Positions 30,033-40,641 of a stretch of 64,000 bases of DNA are shown piece after piece. Origin of the DNA: Christensenellaceae bacterium (GTDB lineage: Bacteria; Bacillota; Clostridia; Christensenellales; Borkfalkiaceae); NCBI GenBank assembly GCA_045593005.1, contig JAZNVV010000038.1, forward strand, positions 1,652-65,651. Direction: 5' to 3'. The notes beneath the pieces were generated by a model that saw only the letters and a program-made list of their open reading frames with translations, was not told where the DNA came from and searched no databases. Positions within the stretch are counted from its first letter, which is position 1, and each line of letters starts with the position of its first letter. The translations under genes and the position numbers were made by a program.

Positions 30033-30551
30033 CTAACCATTGATTTCTTCTACGGTCTTACCGCGAACTGCAGCGACTTCTTCAATCGTTCTGAGTTCTT
30101 TAAGTCCTTCAACAGCAGCCTTAACCATGTTGATAGGGTTGTTTGAGCCGTGAGACTTCGTTCTAATATCCTTAATACCTACTGCTTCCATTACTGCACG
30201 TACTGGACCACCTGCGATAACACCAGTACCTTCTGATGCAGGCATCATAAGGATTGAGCCTCTGTTGAATTTGCCGATTACTTCGTGTGGGATTGAAGTA
30301 TTTACGAGAGCAATCTTTGTCATGCTTCTCTTTGCTCTTTGAGTAGCCTTTTCAATTGCTTCTGGAACTTCGTTTGCTTTACCCATTGCATAGCCGATTT
30401 TGCCTGCGCCGTCGCCGATAACAACGAGAGCAGCAAATCTCATATTTCTACCACCTTTTACAACCTTTGTAACACGATTAACACAAATAAGTTTTTTAAT
30501 CATGCCATCGTCTTCAGGTCTACGAGGTGCTCTATTATTTTCTCTTGCCAT
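30033..30551 (-). CDS. rpsE: 30S ribosomal protein S5
   Basis: 172 aa. VVKGGR..RF.ALVV.GD motif. Confidence 0.97.
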   Translation of the reverse strand: MARENNRAPRRPEDDGMIKKLICVNRVTKVVKGGRNMRFAALVVIGDGAGKIGYAMGKANEVPEAIEKATQRAKRSMTKIALVNTSIPHEVIGKFNRGSILMMPASEGTGVIAGGPVRAVMEAVGIKDIRTKSHGSNNPINMVKAAVEGLKELRTIEEVAAVRGKTVEEING

Positions 30552-30580
30552 AATTTAATCCTCTCTAATGTTTTTGGTGC

Positions 30581-30949
30581 TTAGAACTTTAAGCCGCCTT
30601 CTCTAGCGCCGTCAGCTAATGCTGCTACTCTGCCGATATAAAGGTAACCTGCTCTGTCAAATACAACTGTTTCAATGCCTTTTTCAAGAGCCTTTTTAGC
30701 GATAAGTTCGCCTACTGCTTTTGCGCATTCTTCTTTTGTTTTGCCTTCGAGCGTACCTTTAAGTGCCTTGTCAAGTGTCGATGCTGTAACTAAAGTGTTA
30801 CCTGCTACGTCGTCAATTAACTGTGCGTAAATGTTATTTAAACTTCTATATACGCAAAGTCTTGGAGCGTTTGCAGTACCTTTAACTTTACCACGAACTC
30901 TGACGTGTCTTTGTTTTCTGTCTGCGTTTTTATCGATTTTAGAAATCAT
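30581..30949 (-). CDS. rplR: 50S ribosomal protein L18
   Basis: Start moved to [15 protein letters not shown]..., preceded by a GGAGA SD. The ORF track extends to 30979. Confidence 0.95.
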   Translation of the reverse strand: MISKIDKNADRKQRHVRVRGKVKGTANAPRLCVYRSLNNIYAQLIDDVAGNTLVTASTLDKALKGTLEGKTKEECAKAVGELIAKKALEKGIETVVFDRAGYLYIGRVAALADGAREGGLKF

Positions 30950-31041
30950 CGTGATTCTCCTATTTAATACTTTTCGCATTTCTGCACTCAGCAGAATACT
31001 GACGGTCGTTTCCGTCGTATTCCACCAAAAGTAACTAAATG

Positions 31042-31584
31042 TTACTTACCTGCCGTCTTGCCTTCCTTTCTTTCGATTACTTCATCACTGTAGTGGATGC
31101 CGTAGCCGTGATATGGTTCAGGCTTTCTGATGTTTCTAACCGTTGCTGCGAATTGACCAACTTTCGTTTTGTCAATACCACTTACGGTTACTTCTGTAAT
31201 TGACGGACAGTCGAGTTTTACGTCTTCTGTTTCGAAGATTTCAACTGGGTGTGAGTAGCCTACGTTTAATACTACTTTATTGCCCTGTTTTTGAGCCTTA
31301 TAACCTACGCCTGCGATAACTAAAGTCTTTTTAAAGCCTTCTGTTACGCCGATAACCATATTGTTAAGTAATGCTCTATATAAACCGTGTTTTGCTCTAA
31401 CTTCTTTATCGTCGTTAGCACGTGTTAACGTTGCTACTGAACCATCAATAGTAATTGTAATGTTTTCAGCATCATAATCTTGTACAAGTGTGCCTTTTGG
31501 ACCTTTTACTGTGATTACGCTGTTCTTAACGTCAATGCTAACGCCTGCTGGTACGTTTACTGGTAACTTACCTATTCTTGACAT
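31042..31584 (-). CDS. rplF: 50S ribosomal protein L6
   Basis: 180 aa. MSRIGK.P... Confidence 0.97.
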   Translation of the reverse strand: MSRIGKLPVNVPAGVSIDVKNSVITVKGPKGTLVQDYDAENITITIDGSVATLTRANDDKEVRAKHGLYRALLNNMVIGVTEGFKKTLVIAGVGYKAQKQGNKVVLNVGYSHPVEIFETEDVKLDCPSITEVTVSGIDKTKVGQFAATVRNIRKPEPYHGYGIHYSDEVIERKEGKTAGK

Positions 31585-31598
31585 ATTCCGTTACCTCC

Positions 31599-31988
31599 TT
31601 ACCAGATGTAAGCAAGAACTTCACCGCCCTGATGAGCCTTTCTTGCTTCCTTATCAGTTAAAATACCCTTTGACGTAGAAAGGATTGCAATACCTAAACC
31701 GCCAAGAACGCTTGGAATTTCATCACAACCAACGTATACTCTTAAACCAGGTTTAGAAACTCTCTTTAAACCAGAGATTACCTTTGCGCCGTTAGCGCCG
31801 TATTTAAGAGTAATTACAAGTGTGCCTTGAACACCATCTTCAATCTTAACGTCTGCAACGTAACCTTCCTTTAAAAGGATATCTGCAATTGCCTTTTTTG
31901 TGTTGGATGCCGGTACGGTAACCGTTTCGTGTTTTGCAAGTAATCCGTTACGAATTCTTGTAAGCATATCTGCTATTACGTCTGTCAT
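31599..31988 (-). CDS. rpsH: 30S ribosomal protein S8
   Basis: 129 aa. DMLTRIRN motif. Confidence 0.97.
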   Translation of the reverse strand: MTDVIADMLTRIRNGLLAKHETVTVPASNTKKAIADILLKEGYVADVKIEDGVQGTLVITLKYGANGAKVISGLKRVSKPGLRVYVGCDEIPSVLGGLGIAILSTSKGILTDKEARKAHQGGEVLAYIW

Positions 31989-32000
31989 TTTAGTACCTCC

Positions 32001-32186
32001 TTACCAACTTGCCTTTTTAACGCCTGGGATTTCACCCTTGTACGCTAAATTTCTGAAACAAATACGACAAATACCGTATTTTCTTAAAACTGCGTGCGGT
32101 CTGCCACAAATGCTGCATCTTGTATATGCTCTTGTGGAGAACTTAGCAGGTCTTTGCTGCTTATTAATCATTGCTTTTTTTGCCAT
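32001..32186 (-). CDS. rpsZ: 30S ribosomal protein S14 type Z (zinc-binding, 61 aa)
   Basis: [20 protein letters not shown], a CxxC...CxxC motif. Confidence 0.96.
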   Translation of the reverse strand: MAKKAMINKQQRPAKFSTRAYTRCSICGRPHAVLRKYGICRICFRNLAYKGEIPGVKKASW

Positions 32187-32205
32187 AATCTTTACTCCTT
32201 AAGCC

Positions 32206-32763
32206 TTACTTCGCTGCAAAAGGCATACCGAGTGCCTTTAACAATTCGTATGCTTCTTCGTCAGTCTTTGCTGTCGTTGTGAAGCAAACGTCGTAACCTC
32301 TAACCTTTTCTACTTGATCGTAAGAAATTTCAGGGAAGATTAATTGTTCCTTAATGCCGAGAGCATAGTTTCCTCTGCCATCAAAAGATTTCGTAGGAAC
32401 GCCTCTAAAGTCTCTTACTCTTGGAAGTGCGATTGATACGAGTTTATCAAAGAATTCGTACATTCTGTCATTTCTTAAAGTAACTTTAGCGCCTACTATC
32501 ATACCTTCTCTTACTTTGAAGTTAGCGATAGACTTTCTTGCCTTTGTTTGTAACGGCTTTTGACCAGAAATCGTCTTGAGTTCTTCAACTGCTTGTTGAA
32601 TGCTCTTTGCGTTTTCCTTAACGTCGCCAAGACCAGTATTGACTGTGATCTTAACGAGCTTTGGAATTTCGTTTACGTTCTTGTAGCCGAATTTTTCTTT
32701 TAAGTAAGTTGTAACCTCGTTTGTATAACGAGCCTTTACTCTATTAACAGTTTTTTCTGCCAT
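32206..32763 (-). CDS. rplE: 50S ribosomal protein L5
   Basis: 185 aa. Assigned by operon position and sequence. Confidence 0.97.
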   Translation of the reverse strand: MAEKTVNRVKARYTNEVTTYLKEKFGYKNVNEIPKLVKITVNTGLGDVKENAKSIQQAVEELKTISGQKPLQTKARKSIANFKVREGMIVGAKVTLRNDRMYEFFDKLVSIALPRVRDFRGVPTKSFDGRGNYALGIKEQLIFPEISYDQVEKVRGYDVCFTTTAKTDEEAYELLKALGMPFAAK

Positions 32764-32783
32764 AATATTATATCCTCCCGTTA

Positions 32784-33239
32784 TTACGCATTGGTTTCTT
32801 CAGCAACTTCTGCTTTTACAGTCTTCTTTCTTGTAGAAGGCTTTTTAGCAGGTGCTTCTTCACCTTCAGCTTTTGGAGCAGCCTTTTTTGTGCTCTTTCT
32901 TGCTGTCTTCTTTACTTCTTTTGCTTCAGCAACGTCGAGACAAGCAGCACACTTTTTGCATACTCTTACCTTCTTGTTGCCTTCAACTTTATAACCTACT
33001 CTGGTTGCTTTGCCACATGCTGGGCAAACTACCATTACGTTAGATGCATCAATAGGACCTGACTGTTGCTTAATTTCGCTCGTCTGGTTTGTATTTCTTG
33101 CCTTGGTGTGTCTCTTCTGAACGTTAATGCCGTCGACTACTACCTTGTTTGCTTTTGGCATAGCAACTAAAACCTTTGCGGTCTTGCCTGCATCTTTGCC
33201 TGCAATTACTAAAACTGTATCGTTCTTTTTAATCTTCAT
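32784..33239 (-). CDS. rplX: 50S ribosomal protein L24, atypical (151 aa, Cys4 plus K/A/E-rich tail)
   Basis: N-terminal KOW motif [19 protein letters not shown]. Then CPACG...CKKCAAC and a C-terminal tail of about 45 aa. Confidence 0.93.
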   Translation of the reverse strand: MKIKKNDTVLVIAGKDAGKTAKVLVAMPKANKVVVDGINVQKRHTKARNTNQTSEIKQQSGPIDASNVMVVCPACGKATRVGYKVEGNKKVRVCKKCAACLDVAEAKEVKKTARKSTKKAAPKAEGEEAPAKKPSTRKKTVKAEVAEETNA

Positions 33240-33250
33240 AGTCGTACTCC

Positions 33251-33619
33251 TTATAAAACTTCTGGTGCAAGGGAAATAATTTTCATATAATCCTTGTCAC
33301 GAAGTTCTCTAGCGATAGGTCCAAAGATACGTGTTCCGATAGGCTGTTTTTGACCGTCAATAATAACTGCAGCGTTTTCATCAAACTTAATATGCGTGCC
33401 GTCTGGACGTCTGATACCGCTCTTGCTTCTAACGATAACCGCTCTATAAACCTTACCTTTCTTTGCTGCGCCACCAGGTGTAGCTGTTTTAACGCTACAT
33501 ACGATAACGTCGCCGATGTTACCCGTTCTTCTGAATGAGCCACCGAGAACTCTGATGCACATCAATTCTTTTGCGCCGGAATTGTCAGCCGCTTTTAATA
33601 TTGTCTGTGGTTGTATCAT
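33251..33619 (-). CDS. rplN: 50S ribosomal protein L14
   Basis: 122 aa. MIQ..T.L.VADNSGA-like N-terminus. Confidence 0.97.
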   Translation of the reverse strand: MIQPQTILKAADNSGAKELMCIRVLGGSFRRTGNIGDVIVCSVKTATPGGAAKKGKVYRAVIVRSKSGIRRPDGTHIKFDENAAVIIDGQKQPIGTRIFGPIARELRDKDYMKIISLAPEVL

Positions 33620-33632
33620 TACTCGGTCCTCC

Positions 33633-33887
33633 TTATTTAGCCTTTTCGATGATTTCAGCTACTCTCCAGTTCTTATCCTTGGAAAGCTTTCTGGTTTCAA
33701 CAATTAAAACCTTGTCGCCAACGCCACATGCGTTAAGTTCATCGTGTGCTTTGAATTTATGAGTCTTTTTAACCGTCTTTTTGTATAAAGGATGCTTGAA
33801 TCTTTCTTCGATAGCAACTACTACCGTTTTATCCATTTTATCCGATACTACAATACCGATTCTTTCTTTTCTTAAATTTCTTTCCAT
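33633..33887 (-). CDS. rpsQ: 30S ribosomal protein S17
   Basis: 84 aa. Assigned by operon position and sequence. Confidence 0.96.
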   Translation of the reverse strand: MERNLRKERIGIVVSDKMDKTVVVAIEERFKHPLYKKTVKKTHKFKAHDELNACGVGDKVLIVETRKLSKDKNWRVAEIIEKAK

Positions 33888-33899
33888 ATTACACCTACC

Positions 33900-34103
33900 T
33901 TACGCCTTTAATTCTTTCTGACGGATAACCGTTTGAACACGTGCGATATCCTTCTTGCAATTTCTTAAAGACACTGGATTTTCTAACTGTCCAGTAGCAT
34001 GACGGAAACGGAGATTGAATAATTCTTCTTTGAGTTCCGAAAGTTTGGTGTTAAGTTCAGCAACTGATAAGTTCTGAAGTTCTTTAATTTCATTAACCTT
34101 CAT
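33900..34103 (-). CDS. rpmC: 50S ribosomal protein L29
   Basis: 67 aa. EL..LRF motif. Confidence 0.95.
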   Translation of the reverse strand: MKVNEIKELQNLSVAELNTKLSELKEELFNLRFRHATGQLENPVSLRNCKKDIARVQTVIRQKELKA

Positions 34104-34546
34104 TATTCTGCATCTCCTTCTGTTACGATTTCTTCAAGGTCGCTCTTTTTAACGAACTTTGTCTTAATTGGGAGCTTGTGCGCTGCAAGTCTCATAGCTT
34201 CTTTTGCTACTTCTTCAGATACACCAGCCATTTCGAACATTACTCTACCTGGCTTTACAACTGCTACCCAGTATTCTACAGAACCTTTACCACTACCCAT
34301 ACGGCTATCGGCAGGTTTCTTTGTGATAGGCTTGTGAGGGAAGATATCAATCCATACCTGACCGCCTCTCTTAATAAATCTTGTCATAGCGATACGTGCT
34401 GCTTCAATCTGTCTGGAAGTAATCCAAGCAGGTTCTTGTGCAACAAGACCGTATTCGCCGTAAGCAATCGTATTGCCCTTCGTGCACTTACCGGTCATTC
34501 TACCGCGATGAACTCTTCTTCTTTTAACTCTCTTTGGCATTAACAT
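34103..34546 (-). CDS. rplP: 50S ribosomal protein L16
   Basis: 147 aa. MLMPKRVK.R... Confidence 0.97.
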   Translation of the reverse strand: MLMPKRVKRRRVHRGRMTGKCTKGNTIAYGEYGLVAQEPAWITSRQIEAARIAMTRFIKRGGQVWIDIFPHKPITKKPADSRMGSGKGSVEYWVAVVKPGRVMFEMAGVSEEVAKEAMRLAAHKLPIKTKFVKKSDLEEIVTEGDAE

Positions 34547-34548
34547 AA

Positions 34549-35217
34549 TTATGCTTGGCCTCCTTCAACACCTTTTTTAGTGCGTCCGCCGATAACTTCA
34601 CCCTTATAAACCCAGGCTTTGATACCGATTACACCGAAAGTTGTATGCGCTTCAGCAAAACCGTAATCAATGTCTGCTCTTAAGGTTTGAAGTGGGATCG
34701 AACCTTCGTGGTGGCTTTCTGAACGTGCAATTTCTGCACCGTCAAGTCTGCCACTTACCATAACTTTAATACCTTTGATACCACATCTCATTGAGCGTGA
34801 AATTGACTGCTTCATAGCACGACGGAATGAAATTCTCTTTTCAAGTTGTGCTGCAATACCTTCTGCAACAAGTTGTGCATCAGCATCAGGTCTCTTAACT
34901 TCAACGATATTGATTGAAATTTGTTTGCTACCCGTAAGTTTTGCAACTGTTGCTTTAATAATTTCAATTTCAGCACCCTGCTTGCCGATAAGCACGCCTG
35001 GTCTGCCTGTATGAATTGTTATGATAAGTCTTTGTGCGGCACGTTCGATAACGATTTTACTAATTGCCGCTTGATAATACTTTTTCTTTAACGCCGTACG
35101 GATGACGTAGTCTTCTTTAAGATACTTTGCAATGTCCTTTTTAGGAGCAAACCATTGCGTATCCCAATCTTTTATGACACCAACTCTTAAACCGTGTGGA
35201 TTAACTTTCTGTCCCAT
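34549..35217 (-). CDS. rpsC: 30S ribosomal protein S3
   Basis: 222 aa. MGQKVNP.G.R... Confidence 0.97.
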   Translation of the reverse strand: MGQKVNPHGLRVGVIKDWDTQWFAPKKDIAKYLKEDYVIRTALKKKYYQAAISKIVIERAAQRLIITIHTGRPGVLIGKQGAEIEIIKATVAKLTGSKQISINIVEVKRPDADAQLVAEGIAAQLEKRISFRRAMKQSISRSMRCGIKGIKVMVSGRLDGAEIARSESHHEGSIPLQTLRADIDYGFAEAHTTFGVIGIKAWVYKGEVIGGRTKKGVEGGQA

Positions 35218-35229
35218 AATGTCCTCCTA

Positions 35230-35616
35230 CTATGCTCTTGCGTCTAAAATCACGGTAATGTGACTTGTACGCTTTAAGATTCTGTATGCTCTGCCCTTTG
35301 ATACAGGATTTACTCTCTTAAGAGTAGGGCCCTGATCTGCGAAACATTCAGCTACAAAAAGGTTGTCCTTGCTCATGCCGAGGTTGTGTTCAGCATTTGC
35401 TGCTGCAGACATAAGAACCTTTTTAATAGGGTCAGACGCCGATTTAGGTGTGTTGGTCAATATAGCAACTGCTTCAACGTAACTTTTTCCTCTGATAAGA
35501 TTGAGAACGATTCTTACCTTGTATGGAGAAATTCTAACGTGTTTAGCGATAGCCATAGGTCTTTTATCTTTATTTTCTGCGATTTTAAGAGCTTTTTCTC
35601 TTTGATTTGTAGCCAT
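35230..35616 (-). CDS. rplV: 50S ribosomal protein L22
   Basis: Start moved to MATNQRE..., preceded by a GGAGG SD. The longer track ORF (to 35691) would overlap rpsS. Confidence 0.94.
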   Translation of the reverse strand: MATNQREKALKIAENKDKRPMAIAKHVRISPYKVRIVLNLIRGKSYVEAVAILTNTPKSASDPIKKVLMSAAANAEHNLGMSKDNLFVAECFADQGPTLKRVNPVSKGRAYRILKRTSHITVILDARA

Positions 35617-35626
35617 TATTGACCTC

Positions 35627-35905
35627 CTATCTTGCCGAAGTCGTTTTAGCGCCAGCGTGTCCCTTAAACGTTCTCGTAGGGGCAAATTCACCGAGCTTGC
35701 AACCGACCATATCTTCTGTTACGTATACTGGAACGTGCTTTCTGCCGTCGTATACTGCAATGGTGTGACCAACCATTTCTGGGAAAATAGTAGATGATCT
35801 TGACCATGTTTTTAATACTTTCTTTTCATTTTTTTCGTTGAGTTCAACAATTCTCTTTAAAAGTCTGGCTTCCACGTATGGGCCTTTTTTAACACTTCTT
35901 GACAC
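35627..35905 (-). CDS. rpsS: 30S ribosomal protein S19
   Basis: 92 aa. MSRSVKKGP... Confidence 0.97.
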   Translation of the reverse strand: MSRSVKKGPYVEARLLKRIVELNEKNEKKVLKTWSRSSTIFPEMVGHTIAVYDGRKHVPVYVTEDMVGCKLGEFAPTRTFKGHAGAKTTSAR

Positions 35906-35918
35906 AGTACTATCCTCC

Positions 35919-36746
35919 TTAATTTATTCTTGAAATAATCATCTTTGAAGATGCTTTCTTACGCTTTCTTGTCTTGTAACCAAGAGCAGGTTTACCCCAA
36001 GGTGTGAGTGGGCCTGGATGACCGATAGGTGATTTACCTTCACCACCACCGTGTGGGTGATCGCATGGGTTCATAACTACACCACGAACGGTAGGACGTA
36101 CGCCCATATGACGTGTCTTACCAGCTTTACCTATTCTGATAATTTCGTGTTCTAAGTTACCAACTTGACCGATTGTTGCCTTACATGCTAAAAGAATATA
36201 TCTCATTTCGCCTGATGGCATTTTAATCGTTGCATACTTGCCTTCTTTAGCCATAAGCTGTGCAGCCATACCTGCTGAACGAGCGATTTGACCACCTTTG
36301 CCAGGTTGCATTTCAATATTGTGAACCATTGTACCTACAGGGATATTTGCAAGTGGAAGTGCGTTACCAACCTTGATATCTGCTTCAGTACTTGAAATGA
36401 TTTTGTCGCCAACGTTTAAGCCTACAGGTGCTAAAATGTATCTTTTAGCGCCGTCTGCATAACAAACGAGTGCGATATTTGCGCTTCTGTTTGGATCGTA
36501 TTCGATCGTCTTAACAGTAGCAGGAATATCTACCTTATCTCTCTTGAAGTCGATAATACGGTATTTACGCTTGTTACCACCACCGATATGTCTTACGGTA
36601 ATACGGCCTGATGCGTTTCTACCACCACTCTTTCTCTGATCTTCGAGAAGAGATCTTTCTGGTTTTGTAGCCGTGATTTCGTCATAAGCGTGTACAGTCA
36701 TAAAACGACGCGCTGCCGAAGTCGGCTTATATCTCTTAACTGCCAT
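35919..36746 (-). CDS. rplB: 50S ribosomal protein L2
   Basis: 275 aa. GGG.G motifs and [12 protein letters not shown]. Confidence 0.97.
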   Translation of the reverse strand: MAVKRYKPTSAARRFMTVHAYDEITATKPERSLLEDQRKSGGRNASGRITVRHIGGGNKRKYRIIDFKRDKVDIPATVKTIEYDPNRSANIALVCYADGAKRYILAPVGLNVGDKIISSTEADIKVGNALPLANIPVGTMVHNIEMQPGKGGQIARSAGMAAQLMAKEGKYATIKMPSGEMRYILLACKATIGQVGNLEHEIIRIGKAGKTRHMGVRPTVRGVVMNPCDHPHGGGEGKSPIGHPGPLTPWGKPALGYKTRKRKKASSKMIISRIN

Positions 36747-36764
36747 TGTATGTTCCTCCGTTGA

Positions 36765-37055
36765 TTAAGATAAGGAATCGAAGAATTCGATTGATTTGCT
36801 ATCTTTTTTAAGTTGAACGATAGCCTTCTTGTAAGATGGTGTAAGACCTTGGTGCATACCCATTCTCTTCCACTTGCCATCTACGTTAGCGGTGTTTACG
36901 CTTTCTACCTTTACACCGAAAATCTGTTCGATTGCGAGTTTGATTTCCGTTTTGTTAGCAGATTTAGCAACCTCGAAAGTGTATTTCTTGTCAGCAATAC
37001 CTGCATAGCTCTTTTCTGAAAGGATAGGTCTGATAATAATGTCATGTGTTTTCAT
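36765..37055 (-). CDS. rplW: 50S ribosomal protein L23
   Basis: 96 aa. Assigned by operon position and sequence. Confidence 0.96.
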   Translation of the reverse strand: MKTHDIIIRPILSEKSYAGIADKKYTFEVAKSANKTEIKLAIEQIFGVKVESVNTANVDGKWKRMGMHQGLTPSYKKAIVQLKKDSKSIEFFDSLS

Positions 37056-37678
37056 TATACTTCGTAAGCCTCCTCAATCTTCTTAACGGCTTCAGCTGTG
37101 ATAACTACTTTCGCATTTTTAACGATATCGTAAGTGTTGATCTGTTCTACTGGAATAGTGCTGATTGCCTGTACGTTTGCGCTTGCTCTTAATACGTTTA
37201 CGTCTGCGTTATCCATTACGAATAATACAGTCTTTTCTAAACCAAACGCTTTAAGGAATGAAACCATTTCCTTTGTTTTGCCGTTTTCTGCTTTAAGAGC
37301 GTCTACGAAAATAACTTCGTTATCTCTAATCTTTTGTGAAAGAGCAGAGAACATAGCAACTCTTTTTGCAGTAAGATTCATCTTTTTAGAGAAATCTCTT
37401 GATTTTGGTGCGAATACCACGCCACCGTGAATCCATTGTGGAGAACGGATTGAACCTTGACGAGCACGGCCCGTACCCTTTTGTCTCCAAGGCTTAATGC
37501 CACCACCTCTTACTTCGCTTCTTGTAAGAGTGCTCTTTGTGCCTTGTCTTTCATTAGCAAGTCTAGTTACGATTGCTTGATGAATAACTGCTTCGTTGTA
37601 TTCGATATCGAACAACTGGTCGTTTAAGGTTAATTCGCCAACTTCTTTGGCGCTCATATCAAATAATTTTACCTGCAT
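37055..37678 (-). CDS. rplD: 50S ribosomal protein L4
   Basis: 207 aa. KPWRQKGTGRAR motif. Confidence 0.97.
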   Translation of the reverse strand: MQVKLFDMSAKEVGELTLNDQLFDIEYNEAVIHQAIVTRLANERQGTKSTLTRSEVRGGGIKPWRQKGTGRARQGSIRSPQWIHGGVVFAPKSRDFSKKMNLTAKRVAMFSALSQKIRDNEVIFVDALKAENGKTKEMVSFLKAFGLEKTVLFVMDNADVNVLRASANVQAISTIPVEQINTYDIVKNAKVVITAEAVKKIEEAYEV

Positions 37679-37689
37679 AGTCGTTCTCC

Positions 37690-38319
37690 TTATTTAACTG
37701 TTGCTCTTACCGTAACAATGCCTTTTACAGGACCTGGTATAGCGCCCTTGATTAAAAGTGCATTTCTTTCTACGTCGACTTTTACAATTTCAAGGTTTTG
37801 AACTGTTACTTGTTCATGACCGTATTGACCAGCCATCTTCTTACCCTTGAATACTCTTGATGGGCTTGAGTTAGCGCCCATAGAACCTACGGATCTGTGT
37901 ACAGGGCCTACACCGTGAGTTTCTTTAAGACGGTGGTTGTTCCATCTCTTAATTACACCCGTGTAACCGTGACCTTTTGTGATACCCGTTACGTCTACCT
38001 TGTCACCGTCTGCGAAAACTGATACGGTAACGTCTTTGCCTACTTCATAATCAGCAACGTCGGAAACTCTAAATTCCTTTAATTGCTTTTGTGGTTTAAC
38101 ACCAGCCTTTTTAAACTGACCGAGTTGTGGCTTTGATAAGTTCTTTTCAGCCGTTTCGTCAAAACCAAGTTTAACTGCTGTGTAACCGTCTTTTTCTGCC
38201 GTCTTAATTTGAACGACAGGACACGGACCTGCTTCTACAACGGTTACTGGAATAACCTTACCGTCTGCAGAGAAGAGTTGTGTCATACCTAATTTTTTAC
38301 CAATGATTGCTTTATTCAT
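37690..38319 (-). CDS. rplC: 50S ribosomal protein L3
   Basis: 209 aa. GKKLGMTQ and TKGHGY.G motifs. Confidence 0.97.
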   Translation of the reverse strand: MNKAIIGKKLGMTQLFSADGKVIPVTVVEAGPCPVVQIKTAEKDGYTAVKLGFDETAEKNLSKPQLGQFKKAGVKPQKQLKEFRVSDVADYEVGKDVTVSVFADGDKVDVTGITKGHGYTGVIKRWNNHRLKETHGVGPVHRSVGSMGANSSPSRVFKGKKMAGQYGHEQVTVQNLEIVKVDVERNALLIKGAIPGPVKGIVTVRATVK

Positions 38320-38492
38320 AGATAAAGTTCACCCTCCTGAATATTGATATTCTTTTCTTTTTTGTTTGCGCTTATTAAGGTAAGCGCTTGCCTTCTAACC
38401 GAAGTTTGCTGTGTGTCGGTTATATATTATATAATAATGTTTATGCGGCTAACCGCCTATCGGTACGGGTTTTGTACCGTTTTTGCCTTAAA

Positions 38493-38792
38493 TTAAAGCT
38501 TGATTTTGATATCTACGCCTGCTGGTAAGTGAATGCTGTCTAATAACTTCACGTTTGGCGAATAGATGTCGATAAGTCTCTTGTGTGTTCTGATTTCGAA
38601 CTGTTCACGACTGTCTTTATATTTGTGTGGTGATCTTAAAATTGTCACTACTTCCTTTTCCGTAGGAAGTGGAATAGGACCTGAAATTTTTGCGCCTGCT
38701 TTCTTCATTGTTTCAACAATTCTTGCTGCAGCTTGGTCTACCATGTCGTGGTCGTAAGAAACGAGTTTAATTCTGATTTTCTGACTTGCCAT
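38493..38792 (-). CDS. rpsJ: 30S ribosomal protein S10
   Basis: 99 aa. KIRIKL..YD....D motif. First gene of the superoperon. GGAGAG SD upstream. Confidence 0.97.
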   Translation of the reverse strand: MASQKIRIKLVSYDHDMVDQAAARIVETMKKAGAKISGPIPLPTEKEVVTILRSPHKYKDSREQFEIRTHKRLIDIYSPNVKLLDSIHLPAGVDIKIKL

Positions 38793-39041
38793 TTGTTCTC
38801 TCCTTTTTTATACTAACGTTTTTTGTGTAAACTGTGCCGTGTGTGTCGCAAGGGTTACAATAAAAAAATCATCCGCCGATACTTAAACTTTTTTAAGTCG
38901 CTGCGAATGACCGCTACCCTTTATACGAAGTTAGTCGCAGTGGTCAAGCCACCACAATTGTCGCCCAAAATTATCTACCACCCTATTTTTTGGCAGTTTA
39001 AAGTAACTTTTGGGGTCAAACCCATTTCACACAGCCTACAC

Positions 39042-39070
39042 ATTATACATAATTAAAATTCATAAGTCAA
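39042..39070 (-). promoter_or_regulatory. Consensus sigma-70 promoter of the S10 operon (leader of about 240 nt)
   Basis: Minus strand reads TTGACT (39070-39065), 17 nt spacer, TATAAT (39047-39042). Confidence 0.65.
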
Positions 39071-39182
39071 ATGTTTTTCACCTATTTTTAAAACTTTTTT
39101 AAAATATTTTTTTGTGTCAAAAATCGCAAGTTTTATCTGCTGATTTTTACGATTTTTAGTATATGTGTTTACAAAAAATAAA

Positions 39183-39221
39183 GACGGGCAAAAACCTCTA
39201 TATATAGGGTTATTGCCCGTC
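39183..39221 (-). terminator. Intrinsic terminator after the zinc-ribbon gene
   Basis: Hairpin gacgggcaa...ttgcccgtc followed by tttatttttt on the minus strand. Confidence 0.75.
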
Positions 39222-39261
39222 AAAAAAACTAAATGTTGCGTTAAAAAAAAATTAAAAAATT

Positions 39262-40353
39262 TTACAAATAAATTATTAACATTGCTATTCCAACTAGCAA
39301 AGCCGTTAAAAACGTAGCAAAGCCACCGACTCTTATCGGGGACAACGGATATTTACCCGTAGAAACGCCATTTACACCATTAGAAACAAAATTGTAAACC
39401 TTTTTTCCGTATTTATAGTTGCCTACGTATACAGGCACTAGAGTATATTTATACGTAACACCCGAGTGAGAAGTATTTACGTTAAGATATGCAACTACGT
39501 CGTGGTGATATTGCGATAAAATTTCCCTTCTTAAAACGTCGTCAACGTTCTGCCTTGCCTCTTGCCAACATTCATCAATAGTCCTTTCGTTTCTGTAAGC
39601 CATAAAACCAAAAAGATAGCTATCGTCGTAAACTCTGTTGTTATCGGCTGAATATCCACCTAACTTATTAAGCGATTTTTGATCTAATTTGCTTGCCGCC
39701 GTTATAGTAACGTCGTCGAAGAACCTATTAAAAGTTCCACTTATGTAACGCCATTCCGTCCAAGTTTCCGTGCGCCTATTCTTTCCCGAACCGACCGTCC
39801 TTGTCCTCCTAATACCTATCTTGCCGTCGTAAACGGAAGACGTATCGGTATCAAAAGTAAAACAAGGCATATACACGCCCGAAAGTTTTTCAGGCGAAAA
39901 TGTCTTTTTGAACTTTCTTGGCGCAAAAAACTTTTTCTTTGCCCACTTTTTTAAGTTAATAGTGGCAGATTCCCTATCTACACAAAACGGAACTACTACG
40001 TTTGGCTTTAATCCGACGTGTTCTTCCGTAGGTAAAACGTGGGGCGTCCCACAAAACGGGCAACTTGATGCCGTTTCCGTCTTTTCAAGAACAACTTGCG
40101 CCCCACAATTTGAGCATGCAAAAACTTTGGCACTATCGTCCCAACTGTTCATTTCCGTCACAAACGCAGTCCTAATGTCAAGTTCCCTATAATTTGTGTT
40201 TTGCGTAAAACCAACTTCCGTATCACAATATTCACAATAAAGTTTTTGCGTATTTGGATTGAATTTAAGGTTATTACCACAATTAGGACATTTTTCGTGT
40301 TCGGCTTTAATTTCTTTTTTCACCTGGTCGTCAAAAAAATTCATTTCACTCAT
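39262..40353 (-). CDS. Zinc-ribbon protein with C-terminal TM anchor (YdjG-like by recollection)
   Basis: 363 aa. Two CxxC...CxxC ribbons (CPNCGN..CEYCD; CSNCGA..CPFCG) and a C-terminal hydrophobic helix GGFATFLTALLVGIAMLIIYL. Confidence 0.55.
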   Translation of the reverse strand: MSEMNFFDDQVKKEIKAEHEKCPNCGNNLKFNPNTQKLYCEYCDTEVGFTQNTNYRELDIRTAFVTEMNSWDDSAKVFACSNCGAQVVLEKTETASSCPFCGTPHVLPTEEHVGLKPNVVVPFCVDRESATINLKKWAKKKFFAPRKFKKTFSPEKLSGVYMPCFTFDTDTSSVYDGKIGIRRTRTVGSGKNRRTETWTEWRYISGTFNRFFDDVTITAASKLDQKSLNKLGGYSADNNRVYDDSYLFGFMAYRNERTIDECWQEARQNVDDVLRREILSQYHHDVVAYLNVNTSHSGVTYKYTLVPVYVGNYKYGKKVYNFVSNGVNGVSTGKYPLSPIRVGGFATFLTALLVGIAMLIIYL

Positions 40354-40361
40354 GATGAATA

Positions 40362-40559
40362 TTATTCAATATTATTAAGATCTTCAAGCATTTTTTCAAG
40401 GTCAGCCCCGTGAACGTTCGCTGCTTCGCCAACTGTTTCGCCGTGGGCAAGCGCACAACCTAAACAATGCATGCCGTAAGACATAAGAATTTCCCCTGCG
40501 TTTGGGTTAATTTCGAGTGCGTCGAAGATTTTTGTGTCTGCTGTAATTTTCTTTTCCAT
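40362..40559 (-). CDS. DUF1858 / hybrid-cluster-protein-associated redox disulfide domain protein
   Basis: 65 aa. The ...M.CLGCA.A..ETVGEAA..HG.D... motif is typical of this small family. Confidence 0.7.
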   Translation of the reverse strand: MEKKITADTKIFDALEINPNAGEILMSYGMHCLGCALAHGETVGEAANVHGADLEKMLEDLNNIE

Positions 40560-40641
40560 AATTTCTCTCCTAATTTATAGTTTTTCTATTATTTTATAAA
40601 CTATTCCACGCTATCGCGCTTATAATATTTATTATTGTTTA

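Noticed and set aside
35617-35691. N-terminally extended track ORFs for rplV, rpsB (54482-54529), rplR (30950-30979), pyrH (52755-52772), the CPBP protease (7548-7601), the SGNH lipase (16940-16984) and the SPFH gene (41683-41709)
   Set aside because: In every case but one, an internal ATG is preceded by a GGAG-type SD and matches the conserved N-terminus of the family, while the extension overlaps the upstream gene or lacks an SD. The exception is the SGNH lipase, where the SD is weak and the start was moved on the basis of the signal peptide and lipobox.
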